Of a stretch of DNA of 64,000 nucleotides, positions 43,064 through 53,271 are shown one piece after another. A program made the translations under genes and the position numbers. How positions within the stretch are numbered: position 1 is the stretch's first letter; every line of letters begins with the position of its first letter. Below the pieces are notes generated by a model that did no database searches, was not told where the DNA came from, and worked only from the letters and a program-made list of their open reading frames with translations. The stretch spans positions 896,001 to 960,000 of the forward strand of contig OY764159.1 in the NCBI GenBank assembly GCA_963668175.1. The letters are read 5' to 3'. The stretch comes from Syntrophales bacterium. GTDB taxonomy: Bacteria; Desulfobacterota; Syntrophia; Syntrophales; PHBD01.

Positions 43064-43237
43064 AGAGCGGCGTAATAAGCATGTTATTCAGGTAGCTTAC
43101 GTCGCTTGTTCTCTCCTTTCGGGAGTTACTGACGACAACGCGCAGTAAGTTATGATGCGGTCCTGTTTATCCGCAGACTTCACAGGCGAGAACGGAGGAT
43201 CGAAAAGTAAGGCCTTGTTACAAAGAGAGGACGAGAA

Positions 43238-44452
43238 ATGAAACAGACGGAGGCCCAGTCATTTCTCCGTGGGTATATCATCCCCCTGGCTTGCGCCCTC
43301 TTCTTGGCGCCAATGCTCATCTTGGCCTGCCATGAAGAAAAACGGTCCATGCCTCAGCCAGAGGTTTATGTCTCCCAGATTATTGTGAGGGATGTTCCAA
43401 TTATCAACGAATGGGTCGGTTCTACTGATGGGCTGATCAACGCCACAATCCGTGCCCAGGTGACGGGATATCTGATTACCCAGGATTACAAGGAAGGTGA
43501 TTTTGTTAAGAAAGGGGACACCCTTTTCCGAATTGATCCTCGTCCTTTTCGCGACGCGTTGGATCAGGCCAGAGGAACGCTTGCCCAACTCATGGCCCAA
43601 CATGAGAACACCACGGCCAATCTGGCACGGGTCAAGACACTGGCGGCGGAAAATGCGCTCAGTAAAAAAGATCTTGATGATGCAACCGGTGCGGAACGCT
43701 CCGCAGGGGCTGCAGTCGTCGCTGCAAAAGCTGCAGTGGAAAAAGCCGGACTGGATCTGGAATTCACACGCATCGTTTCCCCGATCAACGGCATTGCCGG
43801 CATAGCCAGGGCTCAGGTAGGCGATTTGGTGGGGCCATCGCAGGGAACGGAATTGACGACCGTATCGACGATCGATCCGATCAAGGTCTACTATACCATC
43901 AATGAACAGGCCTACATCAGTTTCATGAAGCCTTTCCCTTCCCGGACCGAAGGCCTGGAGGCGGCTAAAAAACTGGATATAACGCTGATCTTAGCCGACG
44001 GTACCGTGTATCCGTATAAGGGAACTTTCTATGCCATCGACCGGCAGGTCGATGTCAGGACGGGGACTCTGCGGGTAGCGGCGACATTTACCAATGCTCG
44101 CTCCCTCCTCCGTCCCGGGCAGTTTGTCCGCGTCCGGGTTCAGCGGGGCATGCAGAAAGGCGCTCTTCTCGTTCCTCAGCGGGCTGTGACGGAGTTCCAA
44201 GGTGGTTACCAGGTGGCAGTCGTAGGTTCCGACAACCGGGTGTCGGTGAGACAGGTGACGCCAGGTGAACGTCTGGATAACCTCTGGATCATCGAGAAGG
44301 GGCTTAAGCCTGACGAGATGATCATCGTCGACGGCACAGGGAAAGTTAGAGACGGGATGCTTGTGATACCCAAACCATTTGCCCCGCCGACAACTGCTGA
44401 CACATCCATCGCTCCGAAGACGCAAGACCGGCTCCGCGCCGGCGTAAAGTGA
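43238..44452 (+). CDS. RND efflux periplasmic adaptor (MFP), lipoprotein
   Basis: ILAC lipobox, IRAQVTG, SPING, LRPGQFVRV, VPQRAV. Confidence 0.92.
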   Translation: MKQTEAQSFLRGYIIPLACALFLAPMLILACHEEKRSMPQPEVYVSQIIVRDVPIINEWVGSTDGLINATIRAQVTGYLITQDYKEGDFVKKGDTLFRIDPRPFRDALDQARGTLAQLMAQHENTTANLARVKTLAAENALSKKDLDDATGAERSAGAAVVAAKAAVEKAGLDLEFTRIVSPINGIAGIARAQVGDLVGPSQGTELTTVSTIDPIKVYYTINEQAYISFMKPFPSRTEGLEAAKKLDITLILADGTVYPYKGTFYAIDRQVDVRTGTLRVAATFTNARSLLRPGQFVRVRVQRGMQKGALLVPQRAVTEFQGGYQVAVVGSDNRVSVRQVTPGERLDNLWIIEKGLKPDEMIIVDGTGKVRDGMLVIPKPFAPPTTADTSIAPKTQDRLRAGVK

Positions 44453-44456
44453 AGCC

Positions 44457-47400
44457 ATGTACCGGTTCTTCATCAGACGCCCTATCGTAGCTATCGTCAT
44501 AGCGATCGTCACCGTGATCATCGGTCTCGTTTCCATGGTAGGATTGCCGGTGGCTCAATATCCCAACATCGTTCCTCCCGAGGTCCTTATCCAGGCCACA
44601 TACGTGGGCGCTGATGCACTGACTATCGAGGCTTCTGTGGCCACCCCCATCGAGCAGCAGATGAGCGGCGTGGATAACATGAACTATATGTTCTCCCTGA
44701 ATCCCAATAACGGGTTGATGCGGATGACCGTGAACTTCGACGTCAACACTGATCCGAACACGGATCAGGTGCTTACCCAGTTGCGCGAGTCCCAGGCGGA
44801 GAGGCAGCTTCCTAATGACGTACGGAATTACGGCGTGACCGTCCAGAAGGCATTGTCCGCCCCTCTCATGCTTATCTCTTTGAACTCGCCCGGAGGGACC
44901 TATGACGCCACTTTCCTGGCCAATTACGCCTACATCAATATCGTCGATCAACTAAGCCGCGTGAAAGGAATTGCGACCATTGCCGTTTTCGGTGCCGGCC
45001 AGTATGCTATGCGCTGCTGGGTACGGCCCGATGTGCTCGCCAAACTCAACATCACTATTCCCGAAATTGTTGACGCCATAGAGAAACAGAATACCGTGAA
45101 CCCGGCCGGGCAGGTTGGCGGCGAACCGCTCCCCCCGGGACAGGAATTCACCTATGCTATTCGAGCCCAAGGCAGGCTGGTAACAGAAGAACAATTCGGT
45201 CAGATCGTCATCAGGGCCAATCCAGGCGGTTCCTTGGTCAGGCTGAAAGATGTGGCTCGCCTGGAACTGGGTTCCCAAGACTACAATATCGCAGGGCGCT
45301 TCAATGGCAAGCCGTCGGCTATTCTCGCTCTGTATCAACTCCCCGGAACAAACGCCCTGGAAGCGGTCAACAGAGTCAATAAGGTCATGACGCGGCTCTA
45401 TTCCTCGTTTCCACCCGATCTTGATTACGGGATTGCTCTCGACACCACGCGATCCGTGACGGCCGGGCTCCGAGAGATCGTCCTGACCCTGGGCATCGCA
45501 ATGGTTCTCGTGATTCTGGTGGTATTCGTCTTCCTGCAGGGATGGCGGGCGACGCTCATACCCATCGTCGCGGTACCGGTATCGCTGATCGGCACATTCG
45601 CCTTTTTCCCCATCCTGGGTTTTTCGATTAATCCGATCGCTCTCATGGGTATGGTCGTCGCCATCGGCCTTGTCGTAGATGATGCTATAGTGGTCGTCGA
45701 AGCGGTCCAGCGCCATATTGAGGAGGGATTGGCGCCCAGAGAAGCCTCTATCAGGGCCATGAACGACGTTTCCGGGCCGGTTGTGGCGATCGGTCTGGTT
45801 CTGGCATCGGTGTTTCTTCCCACCGTATTCATCCCCGGGATCACCGGCCGTCTCTATACCCAGTTTGCCGTGACGATAGCCATTTCGGTCCTCCTTTCCG
45901 CATTCAACGCCTTGACGCTGAGTCCCGCCCTTTGTTCAATTCTCCTCAAGCCGAAAGAAGAAATACATCGCGGCCTGCTCGGCCGGTTTTACCTCAGCTT
46001 CAATCAGGCCTTCAATTGGACGAGAGAAGGGTATCTTGCCATTTCCCTTGCCGTGATTCGCAAGACAACGATCGGTTTCATGATTCTGGCAGTAATGACC
46101 GCCGGAGTTTATATACTTGGGAAACGGTTGCCCGCCGGTTTTCTGCCGGAAGAGGACCAGGGCTATGTCTACGCGGTCATCCAGCTTCCCAATGCCGCCT
46201 CGCTTCAGCGGACCTCGGAAGCGTGCCGGCAGGCCGAACGTCTCATAATGAATATCCCGGGAGTAGAACATTGTACCACTGTAGTCGGTTTCAACTTGAT
46301 GAGCTTTGTCCGCAACACATACAGTGGTTTCTTCTTTATACGGCTGAAAGAATGGGATGTCCGGAAAAGGCCGGAGGAGAAGGCTGCGGGTGTTATTGCG
46401 CGCCTCAATCGAGACCTGGGAAGGCTCCCAGAGGGTACGGCCTTTGCGTTTTCCCCACCGGCTATACAAGGGATCGGTACTGCTGGAGGGGTTACCTTTA
46501 TACTCGAGGACCGGACGGGCAATGATATTGCGTTCCTGGCCGAAAACACAGGGATTTTCCTCGCCGCGGCACGTAAACGCCCCGAACTGGCTCGGGTGAC
46601 GACGACCTTACTGACCGACGTGCCCCAATACTTTGTGGACGTAGATCGCGATAAGGTCTTGAGCCAGGGGGTAGATCTAGCACAGGTATACGGCACCCTC
46701 CAGGTGTTCATGGGTGGGCAGTTCGTTAACTTCTTCAACCGGTTCGGCAGGGAATGGCAGGTATATGTGGAAGCAGAGGGCGACTTCCGGACGGATACAA
46801 ACCACCTTGGTCAGTTTTATGTCCGGAATGCCAATGGTGATATGGTGCCGTTGGCAGCGGTAACGAGGGTCGAAAGACGGATTGGACCTGAGTTTACTAT
46901 GCGATACAACCTGTTCAGATCGGCCCAGATCAATGCCATAGCTGCACCAGGTTATAGCTCCATCCAGGCGATGGAGGCCATGGAAGAAGTATTTGCCCAG
47001 ACGATGCCGGCCGGAATGGGATTCGATTATCTTGGTATGTCTTTCCAAGAACAGAAAGCCCGGCAAGGAGTACCTCCTGCGGCTGTCTTTGGCTTATCGT
47101 TATTGTTTGTGTTTTTGATCCTGGCCGCATTGTATGAGAGCTGGTCGCTTCCGTTCAGCGTCCTTCTCAGCACGCCCATCGCAGTCTTCGGCTCATTCAT
47201 GGCCGTTTCGTTGCGAGGCATGCCGTTCAATATCTACACACAGATCGGTCTTATCGTCCTGATAGGCTTGGCCGCAAAGAATGCAATCCTGATCGTCGAA
47301 TTCGCCAAGAACGAATACGAAAGTGGGAAGCCTTTACAGGAGGCGGCGCTCGCCGGCGCCCGTCTGAGGCTTCGTCCCATCCTGATGACTTCATTCGCCT

Positions 47401-47642
47401 TCATTCTTGGCTGCCTGCCCCTGGCTACGGCGAGCGGGGCTGGCGCGATGGCCCGGGAAGTCATGGGGACCGGTGTTATCGGAGGAATGCTTGCAGCCAC
47501 TGGAATTGCCATTTTTTTCATTCCGATGATGTTTTTTGTGGTCAGCAGGTGGAATGAAAGCTGGCGCAATGTCGGAAACCGGAAAGATAACCCCTCGACG
47601 AACCCGCCTTCGGGCGGCTCGACTGAAAAAGGGGGGACATAA
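44457..47642 (+). CDS. RND efflux permease (HAE1/AcrB family)
   Basis: FFIRRPI, QYPNI, GLVVDDAIVVVE, AKNAILIVEF, RLRPILMTS. Confidence 0.95.
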   Translation: MYRFFIRRPIVAIVIAIVTVIIGLVSMVGLPVAQYPNIVPPEVLIQATYVGADALTIEASVATPIEQQMSGVDNMNYMFSLNPNNGLMRMTVNFDVNTDPNTDQVLTQLRESQAERQLPNDVRNYGVTVQKALSAPLMLISLNSPGGTYDATFLANYAYINIVDQLSRVKGIATIAVFGAGQYAMRCWVRPDVLAKLNITIPEIVDAIEKQNTVNPAGQVGGEPLPPGQEFTYAIRAQGRLVTEEQFGQIVIRANPGGSLVRLKDVARLELGSQDYNIAGRFNGKPSAILALYQLPGTNALEAVNRVNKVMTRLYSSFPPDLDYGIALDTTRSVTAGLREIVLTLGIAMVLVILVVFVFLQGWRATLIPIVAVPVSLIGTFAFFPILGFSINPIALMGMVVAIGLVVDDAIVVVEAVQRHIEEGLAPREASIRAMNDVSGPVVAIGLVLASVFLPTVFIPGITGRLYTQFAVTIAISVLLSAFNALTLSPALCSILLKPKEEIHRGLLGRFYLSFNQAFNWTREGYLAISLAVIRKTTIGFMILAVMTAGVYILGKRLPAGFLPEEDQGYVYAVIQLPNAASLQRTSEACRQAERLIMNIPGVEHCTTVVGFNLMSFVRNTYSGFFFIRLKEWDVRKRPEEKAAGVIARLNRDLGRLPEGTAFAFSPPAIQGIGTAGGVTFILEDRTGNDIAFLAENTGIFLAAARKRPELARVTTTLLTDVPQYFVDVDRDKVLSQGVDLAQVYGTLQVFMGGQFVNFFNRFGREWQVYVEAEGDFRTDTNHLGQFYVRNANGDMVPLAAVTRVERRIGPEFTMRYNLFRSAQINAIAAPGYSSIQAMEAMEEVFAQTMPAGMGFDYLGMSFQEQKARQGVPPAAVFGLSLLFVFLILAALYESWSLPFSVLLSTPIAVFGSFMAVSLRGMPFNIYTQIGLIVLIGLAAKNAILIVEFAKNEYESGKPLQEAALAGARLRLRPILMTSFAFILGCLPLATASGAGAMAREVMGTGVIGGMLAATGIAIFFIPMMFFVVSRWNESWRNVGNRKDNPSTNPPSGGSTEKGGT

Positions 47643-49057
47643 TGAGAAAAACCGTGACGCTGATCCTTCTTGTTCTCGTTTTGGGCGGATGCGTGGTCGG
47701 TCCCGATTACAAACGTCCGCCGGTGGAAACGCCCGAAAAATGGCGGTTCGCCGAGGCACAGACAAAGGACCTCGTCGATACAGCCTGGTGGGAACAGTTT
47801 CATGACCCAGTTCTCGATGGGCTGATCGCCACCGCTCTGTTGAAGAATAAGGACGTTAGGATCGCCACGGCCCGTTTGGAGGAGTATCGGGGAAGATATG
47901 GGCTTGTGAGGGCCGCATTCTTCCCTCAAGCTGGTGCCGCTGCCAGTGCGGGACGTCAACGTTCTACGGAGATAGGTGTGATTCCGCTGACCGCCGCTGT
48001 GGACAATCCGGTGGATCTATACCATACTTCGATGTTCGCCAGTTGGGAGATCGATGTGTGGGGAAAGCTGCGGCGCGGGTCGGAAGCGGCAAGGGCCGAT
48101 TTGTTGAGTAGCGAAGAAAGCAGGAGGGCCGTCATCCTCTCATTGGTCGCCTCTGTCGCCAGTGCCTATGTCAATCTACGCAGTCTTGACCGGCAATTGG
48201 AGATTGCGAATGAAACGGCTCGGGCACGCGCCGAATCCTTTCGGATATTCTCTCTTCGCTACCAAGAGGGCTTTGTCTCCGAACTTGAACTCAGCCAGGC
48301 CAAATCGCTTTATGAAAGCGCTCTGGCCACAGTACGCATCTATGCCAAGTCTATTGCCCTGCAGGAGAACGGGATGAGCATACTATTGGGCCTAAACCCG
48401 GGTGTCGTCGAACGAGGAAAGACGATAAGCCAACTGGGGCTGCCTGCAGTACCGGCTGGCCTCCCGTCGGACCTTCTGGTGAGGCGGCCTGACATCCGAC
48501 AGGCCGAGCAGGATCTTGTCTCGGCCAATGCCCAAATCGGCGTCGCCCGCGCCCGGTATTTCCCCTCTATTACGCTCACCGGGATATTCGGCTGGGAGAG
48601 CACAAGCCTCTCGCAGCTTTTCACGGGTCCAGCACGGAACTGGAGCTGGGCCGCCTCCGCGACGCAGCCGCTCTTTACCGGCGGTTCCATTACTGAACAA
48701 GTCAAGATATCAGAAGCCGTTCGCGATGAAGCCATCCTTCAATATCAGAAGGTGATCCAGAATGCATTCCGAGATGTCGAGGATTCTTTGGCGAATCAGC
48801 GGCAGATACGCGAGCAGCTTGCTGCCCAGGCGCGGCAAGTGGAATCATTGCGGACCTATGCCCGGGTTGCCCGACTCCGCTATGATAATGGCTATACGAG
48901 TTACATAGAAGTGCTGGATGCCGAGCGGAGCCTCTTCGATGCGGACCTCGCCTATTCGCAATCCCAGGGAGATCTATTCCAGGCCTATATCAACCTTTAC
49001 AAGGCAATGGCAGGTGGCTGGGTTATCACCGCGGAGAAGATGACAAACGCGCCGTAA
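47642..49057 (+). CDS. Outer-membrane efflux lipoprotein (OprM/NodT family)
   Basis: LGGC lipobox, GPDYKRP, WWxxF, WEIDVWG, RRPDI, LYKAMAGGW. Confidence 0.93.
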   Translation: MRKTVTLILLVLVLGGCVVGPDYKRPPVETPEKWRFAEAQTKDLVDTAWWEQFHDPVLDGLIATALLKNKDVRIATARLEEYRGRYGLVRAAFFPQAGAAASAGRQRSTEIGVIPLTAAVDNPVDLYHTSMFASWEIDVWGKLRRGSEAARADLLSSEESRRAVILSLVASVASAYVNLRSLDRQLEIANETARARAESFRIFSLRYQEGFVSELELSQAKSLYESALATVRIYAKSIALQENGMSILLGLNPGVVERGKTISQLGLPAVPAGLPSDLLVRRPDIRQAEQDLVSANAQIGVARARYFPSITLTGIFGWESTSLSQLFTGPARNWSWAASATQPLFTGGSITEQVKISEAVRDEAILQYQKVIQNAFRDVEDSLANQRQIREQLAAQARQVESLRTYARVARLRYDNGYTSYIEVLDAERSLFDADLAYSQSQGDLFQAYINLYKAMAGGWVITAEKMTNAP

Positions 49058-49313
49058 TGAGAAATATCCTTCTTAACGTCTATCGCCACTCATTCCCTTC
49101 CTGTTTGGCTCGGCAGGATGCTATCCTTGCAACGGCTGTCACTGTTGGCTGAACCCCTTCCTCGACACAATGACCCCGCAGGATTCACTTTGGCGCTGCA
49201 CAATCATTCGCGGTCGGCGAACCTGAAAAAAGACTTGCATATCGATGCCTTTTTCTGCCATATCTCTCTATCCCTTTGAAATCTACTGCGTTTGGGTACT
49301 GAAAGGAATCATT

Positions 49314-50840
49314 GTGATCGTCAAGGTCATCAGCAGCGCCGTCGTCGGCATCGATTCGCACCGAGTGGACGTTGAAGTCTATGTCTCCGCCGGATTGCCC
49401 GTATTTTCCATCGTCGGGCTTCCCGATGTCGCCGTGCGGGAAAGCAAGGATCGGACGAAGGCAGCGATCAAGAATGCTGGCTACCGGTTTCCCCGCCACC
49501 ATGTTACGGTCAATCTGGCTCCCGCCGATATAAAGAAGGAAGGGACGGGGTTCGACCTGCCCATCGCCGTGGGAATCCTCGCCGCCGAAGACATTCTGCC
49601 GGGCGACCGGCTCGCAGACTACAGTTTTACGGGCGAGCTTTCCCTGGACGGTGGCATCAAGGGCGTACAGGGCGTTTTGCCGGCGGCTTTGCGGGCCAGG
49701 GAGGATGGGCTCAAGGGGATCGTTGTTCCCAGTGAGAATGCCGAAGAGGCGGCCATGATCGAGGGTATCGACGTCATTCCGGTTTCTTCGCTTCCGGAAA
49801 TCGTCGAATTCTTCAGCGGCCGGCTGACGATAGACCCTTACGAACTGGACACGGCCGCGATGTTCAGGAACGGCGCCCGCTACGAGACCGATTACCGGGA
49901 CATCCGCGGGCAGGAACTCGCCAAGAGGGCGCTGGAGATCGCAGCCGCCGGTGGGCATAATGTACTGATGATCGGTCCGCCCGGTTCCGGAAAGACCATG
50001 CTCGCCCGCCGCCTGCCGACCATCCTGCCTCCCTTGTCTTTCGAGGAAGCGATCGAAACGACGAAGATATTTTCCGTGGCGGGATTGCTCGACAAGAAGC
50101 ATGCGATCCTTGCGGCGAGATCCTTCCGTTCCCCCCATCATACGATATCCGATGCCGGGCTTATTGGAGGCGGGCAGGTTCCTCGGCCTGGAGAAATCAG
50201 CCTCGCTCACCACGGCGTTCTCTTTCTCGACGAGCTTCCCGAATTCAAAAAGAACGTCCTGGAGGCCCTCCGCCAGCCCCTGGAAGAAGGTGCGATCACC
50301 ATCACCAGGTCGTCCCAGACGGCGACTTATCCGGCGCGGTTCATCCTGGTGGCCGCGATGAATCCCTGCCCATGCGGTTATTACGGCAGCAAAAACAGGG
50401 AATGCCGCTGCAACATGAAGCAGATTCGCCAGTACCAGGCCAAGGTATCGGGGCCGCTCATGGACCGTATCGACATCCATATAGAGGTGCCGTCGGTGGC
50501 CTACCGCGACCTGGCGGGAAAAGAAGGGGGGGACGCGTCCGGGGCTATAGCCGAACGGATTATGAAAGCCCGGACGGTGCAGGCGGGCAGGTTCAACGGC
50601 GGCATCGCGATCAACGCCCGGATGTCCGACCAGGACATCAAGACCTTTTGCGCCGTGGACGAAGAATCGACAGCCCTGATTGAGATGGCTCTGACCAAGT
50701 TCGGACTCACCGCCCGGGCCTACACGAAGATTCTTAAAGTGGCCCGTACCATCGCCGATCTGGAAGGACACGATACGATTCGTGCCAGCCATGTCGCCGA
50801 GGCGCTGCAATACAGAACGCTTGATCGGAGCGTTATTTAG
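49314..50840 (+). CDS. comM: YifB/ComM Mg-chelatase-like AAA+ ATPase
   Basis: IVGLPD, NLAPA, DLPIA, GELSLDG, GPPGSGKT, PHH, AMNPCPCG, ARTIADL; GTG start after AAAGGA. Confidence 0.9.
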   Translation: MIVKVISSAVVGIDSHRVDVEVYVSAGLPVFSIVGLPDVAVRESKDRTKAAIKNAGYRFPRHHVTVNLAPADIKKEGTGFDLPIAVGILAAEDILPGDRLADYSFTGELSLDGGIKGVQGVLPAALRAREDGLKGIVVPSENAEEAAMIEGIDVIPVSSLPEIVEFFSGRLTIDPYELDTAAMFRNGARYETDYRDIRGQELAKRALEIAAAGGHNVLMIGPPGSGKTMLARRLPTILPPLSFEEAIETTKIFSVAGLLDKKHAILAARSFRSPHHTISDAGLIGGGQVPRPGEISLAHHGVLFLDELPEFKKNVLEALRQPLEEGAITITRSSQTATYPARFILVAAMNPCPCGYYGSKNRECRCNMKQIRQYQAKVSGPLMDRIDIHIEVPSVAYRDLAGKEGGDASGAIAERIMKARTVQAGRFNGGIAINARMSDQDIKTFCAVDEESTALIEMALTKFGLTARAYTKILKVARTIADLEGHDTIRASHVAEALQYRTLDRSVI

Positions 50841-50884
50841 TGATAAGGACCATTCTGTTTCAACCTTAAGGAGGGGGAAAACGT

Positions 50885-51958
50885 ATGGATATCAAAATCG
50901 TGAAGGTGCCGGCAAAAAAGAGGAAGCCTAAACCGGCCGATGAATCCAAGTTGGGCTTCGGGCAGATCTTTACCGACCATATGTTCACCATGCAGTACTT
51001 CGAGGGAAAAGGGTGGTACGATCCGAAGATAGAACCCTATAAGGCCATAGCCCTCGATCCTGCGGCCATGTGCCTCCATTACGGGCAGCTGATTTTTGAA
51101 GGAATGAAGGCCTATTGGGGGAAGGATGGCAGCATTTTCCTGTTCCGCCCCATGGAAAACATCAGGCGCATGAATGCCTCGGCCAAGCGGCTCTGCATGC
51201 CCGAGCTGGACGAGAGCGGGTTTATGGATGCGCTGAAAAAACTGGTCCTGCTGGAAAAGGACTGGATACCCCGCGGCAGCGGGACATCCCTGTATATCCG
51301 TCCCACCATGATCGCCACGGAAACGGCGATCGGCGTTCATCCGTCCAATGCCTATCTTTTCTATATCATCGTAGGACCGGTGGGAGCCTATTATCCGGAA
51401 GGTTTCAGCCCGACCAAAATTTACGTGATCGAAGATTATGTCCGTGCGGCCCCCGGAGGTATCGGGTTCTGCAAGGCGGCGGCCAACTATGCCGCCAGTC
51501 TCCTGGCCAGCCAATATGCCATCAAGCAGGGCTATACGCAGGTCTTATGGCTTGACGCTGTCGAAAGGAAATATGTCGAAGAGGTGGGGACCAGCAACAT
51601 CTTCTTCGTCATCAAGGACGAGTTGATTACACCCCCGTTGTCGGGAAGTATCCTCCCCGGCGTCACGAGGGATTCCGTCATCAGGCTGGCGAAAAGCTGG
51701 GGCGTCAAGGTTTCGGAAAGGGCGCTGTCCATGGACGAGATCGTATCGGCGGCTGAGAACGGAACCATGCAGGAGGCCTTCGCCTCGGGTACCGCCGCGA
51801 TCGTGTCTCCTATCGGCAAGATTGCCTTTCGCGGCAAAGAGTATGTCTTTCAGGATGGCGGCGTAGGCAGACTGACCAGGCAACTGTATGACGAAATCCT
51901 GCAGATTCAATATGGAGAGAAGGACGATCCCTTCGGATGGCGCGTAAAAATATCATGA
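50885..51958 (+). CDS. ilvE: Branched-chain amino acid aminotransferase
   Basis: FTDHM, LHYGQ-FEG, YIRP, KAAANY (PLP Lys), ILPGVTR, GTAA. Confidence 0.95.
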   Translation: MDIKIVKVPAKKRKPKPADESKLGFGQIFTDHMFTMQYFEGKGWYDPKIEPYKAIALDPAAMCLHYGQLIFEGMKAYWGKDGSIFLFRPMENIRRMNASAKRLCMPELDESGFMDALKKLVLLEKDWIPRGSGTSLYIRPTMIATETAIGVHPSNAYLFYIIVGPVGAYYPEGFSPTKIYVIEDYVRAAPGGIGFCKAAANYAASLLASQYAIKQGYTQVLWLDAVERKYVEEVGTSNIFFVIKDELITPPLSGSILPGVTRDSVIRLAKSWGVKVSERALSMDEIVSAAENGTMQEAFASGTAAIVSPIGKIAFRGKEYVFQDGGVGRLTRQLYDEILQIQYGEKDDPFGWRVKIS

Positions 51959-52203
51959 GGTCCTTCTATTCGGTGTGATATTCGCCTCATGACGACCACT
52001 TATAAGAGCCATCCACAAGGATGTGGATAGGCCTGTTGGTAAAGCTGTTGATGGGTTGCATAAGGTTCGAATTGCTGCAATTTTATACCTCATTGCCCAA
52101 GGTATAGGCAGGAGTTAAAGTGAGCGATATCGAATAGATAGATTAAATATCCGGATATCGGTTACTTTCATATCCGCCATAAATAAGGATTGGCTTTTTT
52201 ACA

Positions 52204-52923
52204 ATGAAACATAACAGCCGAGAGAAAAAAATAAGGCGGGTTGCAGGTCCGTTCTGTTTTAAGGCCGCCTTGTTTTCAATGATTGCGCTCTTCCTGGGAT
52301 CGCTGTGCCCGGCTTTGCCGGCCGGTGCGGCCGCCCCGGACCTGGAGGCGCTCATCCGGGATATGCAGGCGAATTATGAGAAGACGGCGGATCTGAAGGC
52401 CGTCTTCGTTCAGGAAGTGACGCTCAAGTCCATGAACAAGACGGATCGCGAAGAGGGTGTCGTTTATTTCAAGAAGCCGAAGAAGATGCTGTGGGATTAT
52501 GAAAAGCCGAAGACCAAGAAGCTGGTGATCAACGCCAAAAAATCCTGGCTGTATATGCCCGAAGACAAGACGGTCTATGTTCAGGATTCGTCAGGCGTCT
52601 TCAAATCGAAAATCGTCGTGCGGTTTCTGGCGGGCATCGGAAGCCTTAAAAGCGATTTTTCCATCAAGTACTCTCAGCCGTCCGTCGACGAACAGGGCAA
52701 CTATCAGCTGACCCTGACTCCGAAGTCGCCGGGGCTTGGCGTGGGTAAACTTTTGATGACCGTCGACAAGGACAGTTATCAGATTATCCAGTGCCGGTTT
52801 TCCGACGCTTACGGAAACGCCACCCGCATTCAGTTCCAAAACATTCAATTAAACGGCGGTATGCCTGACAAGATGTTCACATTCGTAACGCCTCCGGGCG
52901 TCGATACCGTCAAGATGCCCTGA
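52204..52923 (+). CDS. lolA: Outer-membrane lipoprotein carrier LolA
   Basis: Signal peptide, A-F-Q, KKPKKMLWDY, WLY, F-PPPGV-like C-terminus; start uncertain (52204 or 52279). Confidence 0.85.
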   Translation: MKHNSREKKIRRVAGPFCFKAALFSMIALFLGSLCPALPAGAAAPDLEALIRDMQANYEKTADLKAVFVQEVTLKSMNKTDREEGVVYFKKPKKMLWDYEKPKTKKLVINAKKSWLYMPEDKTVYVQDSSGVFKSKIVVRFLAGIGSLKSDFSIKYSQPSVDEQGNYQLTLTPKSPGLGVGKLLMTVDKDSYQIIQCRFSDAYGNATRIQFQNIQLNGGMPDKMFTFVTPPGVDTVKMP

Positions 52924-52945
52924 CAGACAGAGGCGTGACCGGCCG

Positions 52946-53248
52946 TTACTTTTCCGGAAGGACAATTTTTCTCTTTTCCGGATCTTCCTGTTGGCGATAG
53001 AAGATGGCTGTGTGTCCGATCGTACCGACCAGGGTGCACCCTGCCCGTTCGGCGAGGGAAGCGATGATCGCCTGTTTCGCCTCTTTGTCCTTGAATTCGT
53101 TGAACTTCACCTTGACGAGTTCGTGCCTGTCCAACTCTTCGTGAAAGGCCTTGACGAGGCTGTCGGTCAGCCCCTTCTGGCCGATAAGAACGGAGGGATG
53201 CAGATTATGGGCAAGCCCCCGGAGATATTTTTTCTGAAAGCCCTTCAT
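52946..53248 (-). CDS. yhbY: YhbY/CRM-domain RNA-binding protein
   Basis: QKKYLRGLAH-L-P-V-IG-KGL, HELVKV, IGH. Confidence 0.9.
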   Translation of the reverse strand: MKGFQKKYLRGLAHNLHPSVLIGQKGLTDSLVKAFHEELDRHELVKVKFNEFKDKEAKQAIIASLAERAGCTLVGTIGHTAIFYRQQEDPEKRKIVLPEK

Positions 53249-53271
53249 GTCGTATTCCTTTCCTGATTGCG

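Noticed and set aside
49185..50810. 541-aa antisense ORF
   Set aside because: Shadow of comM
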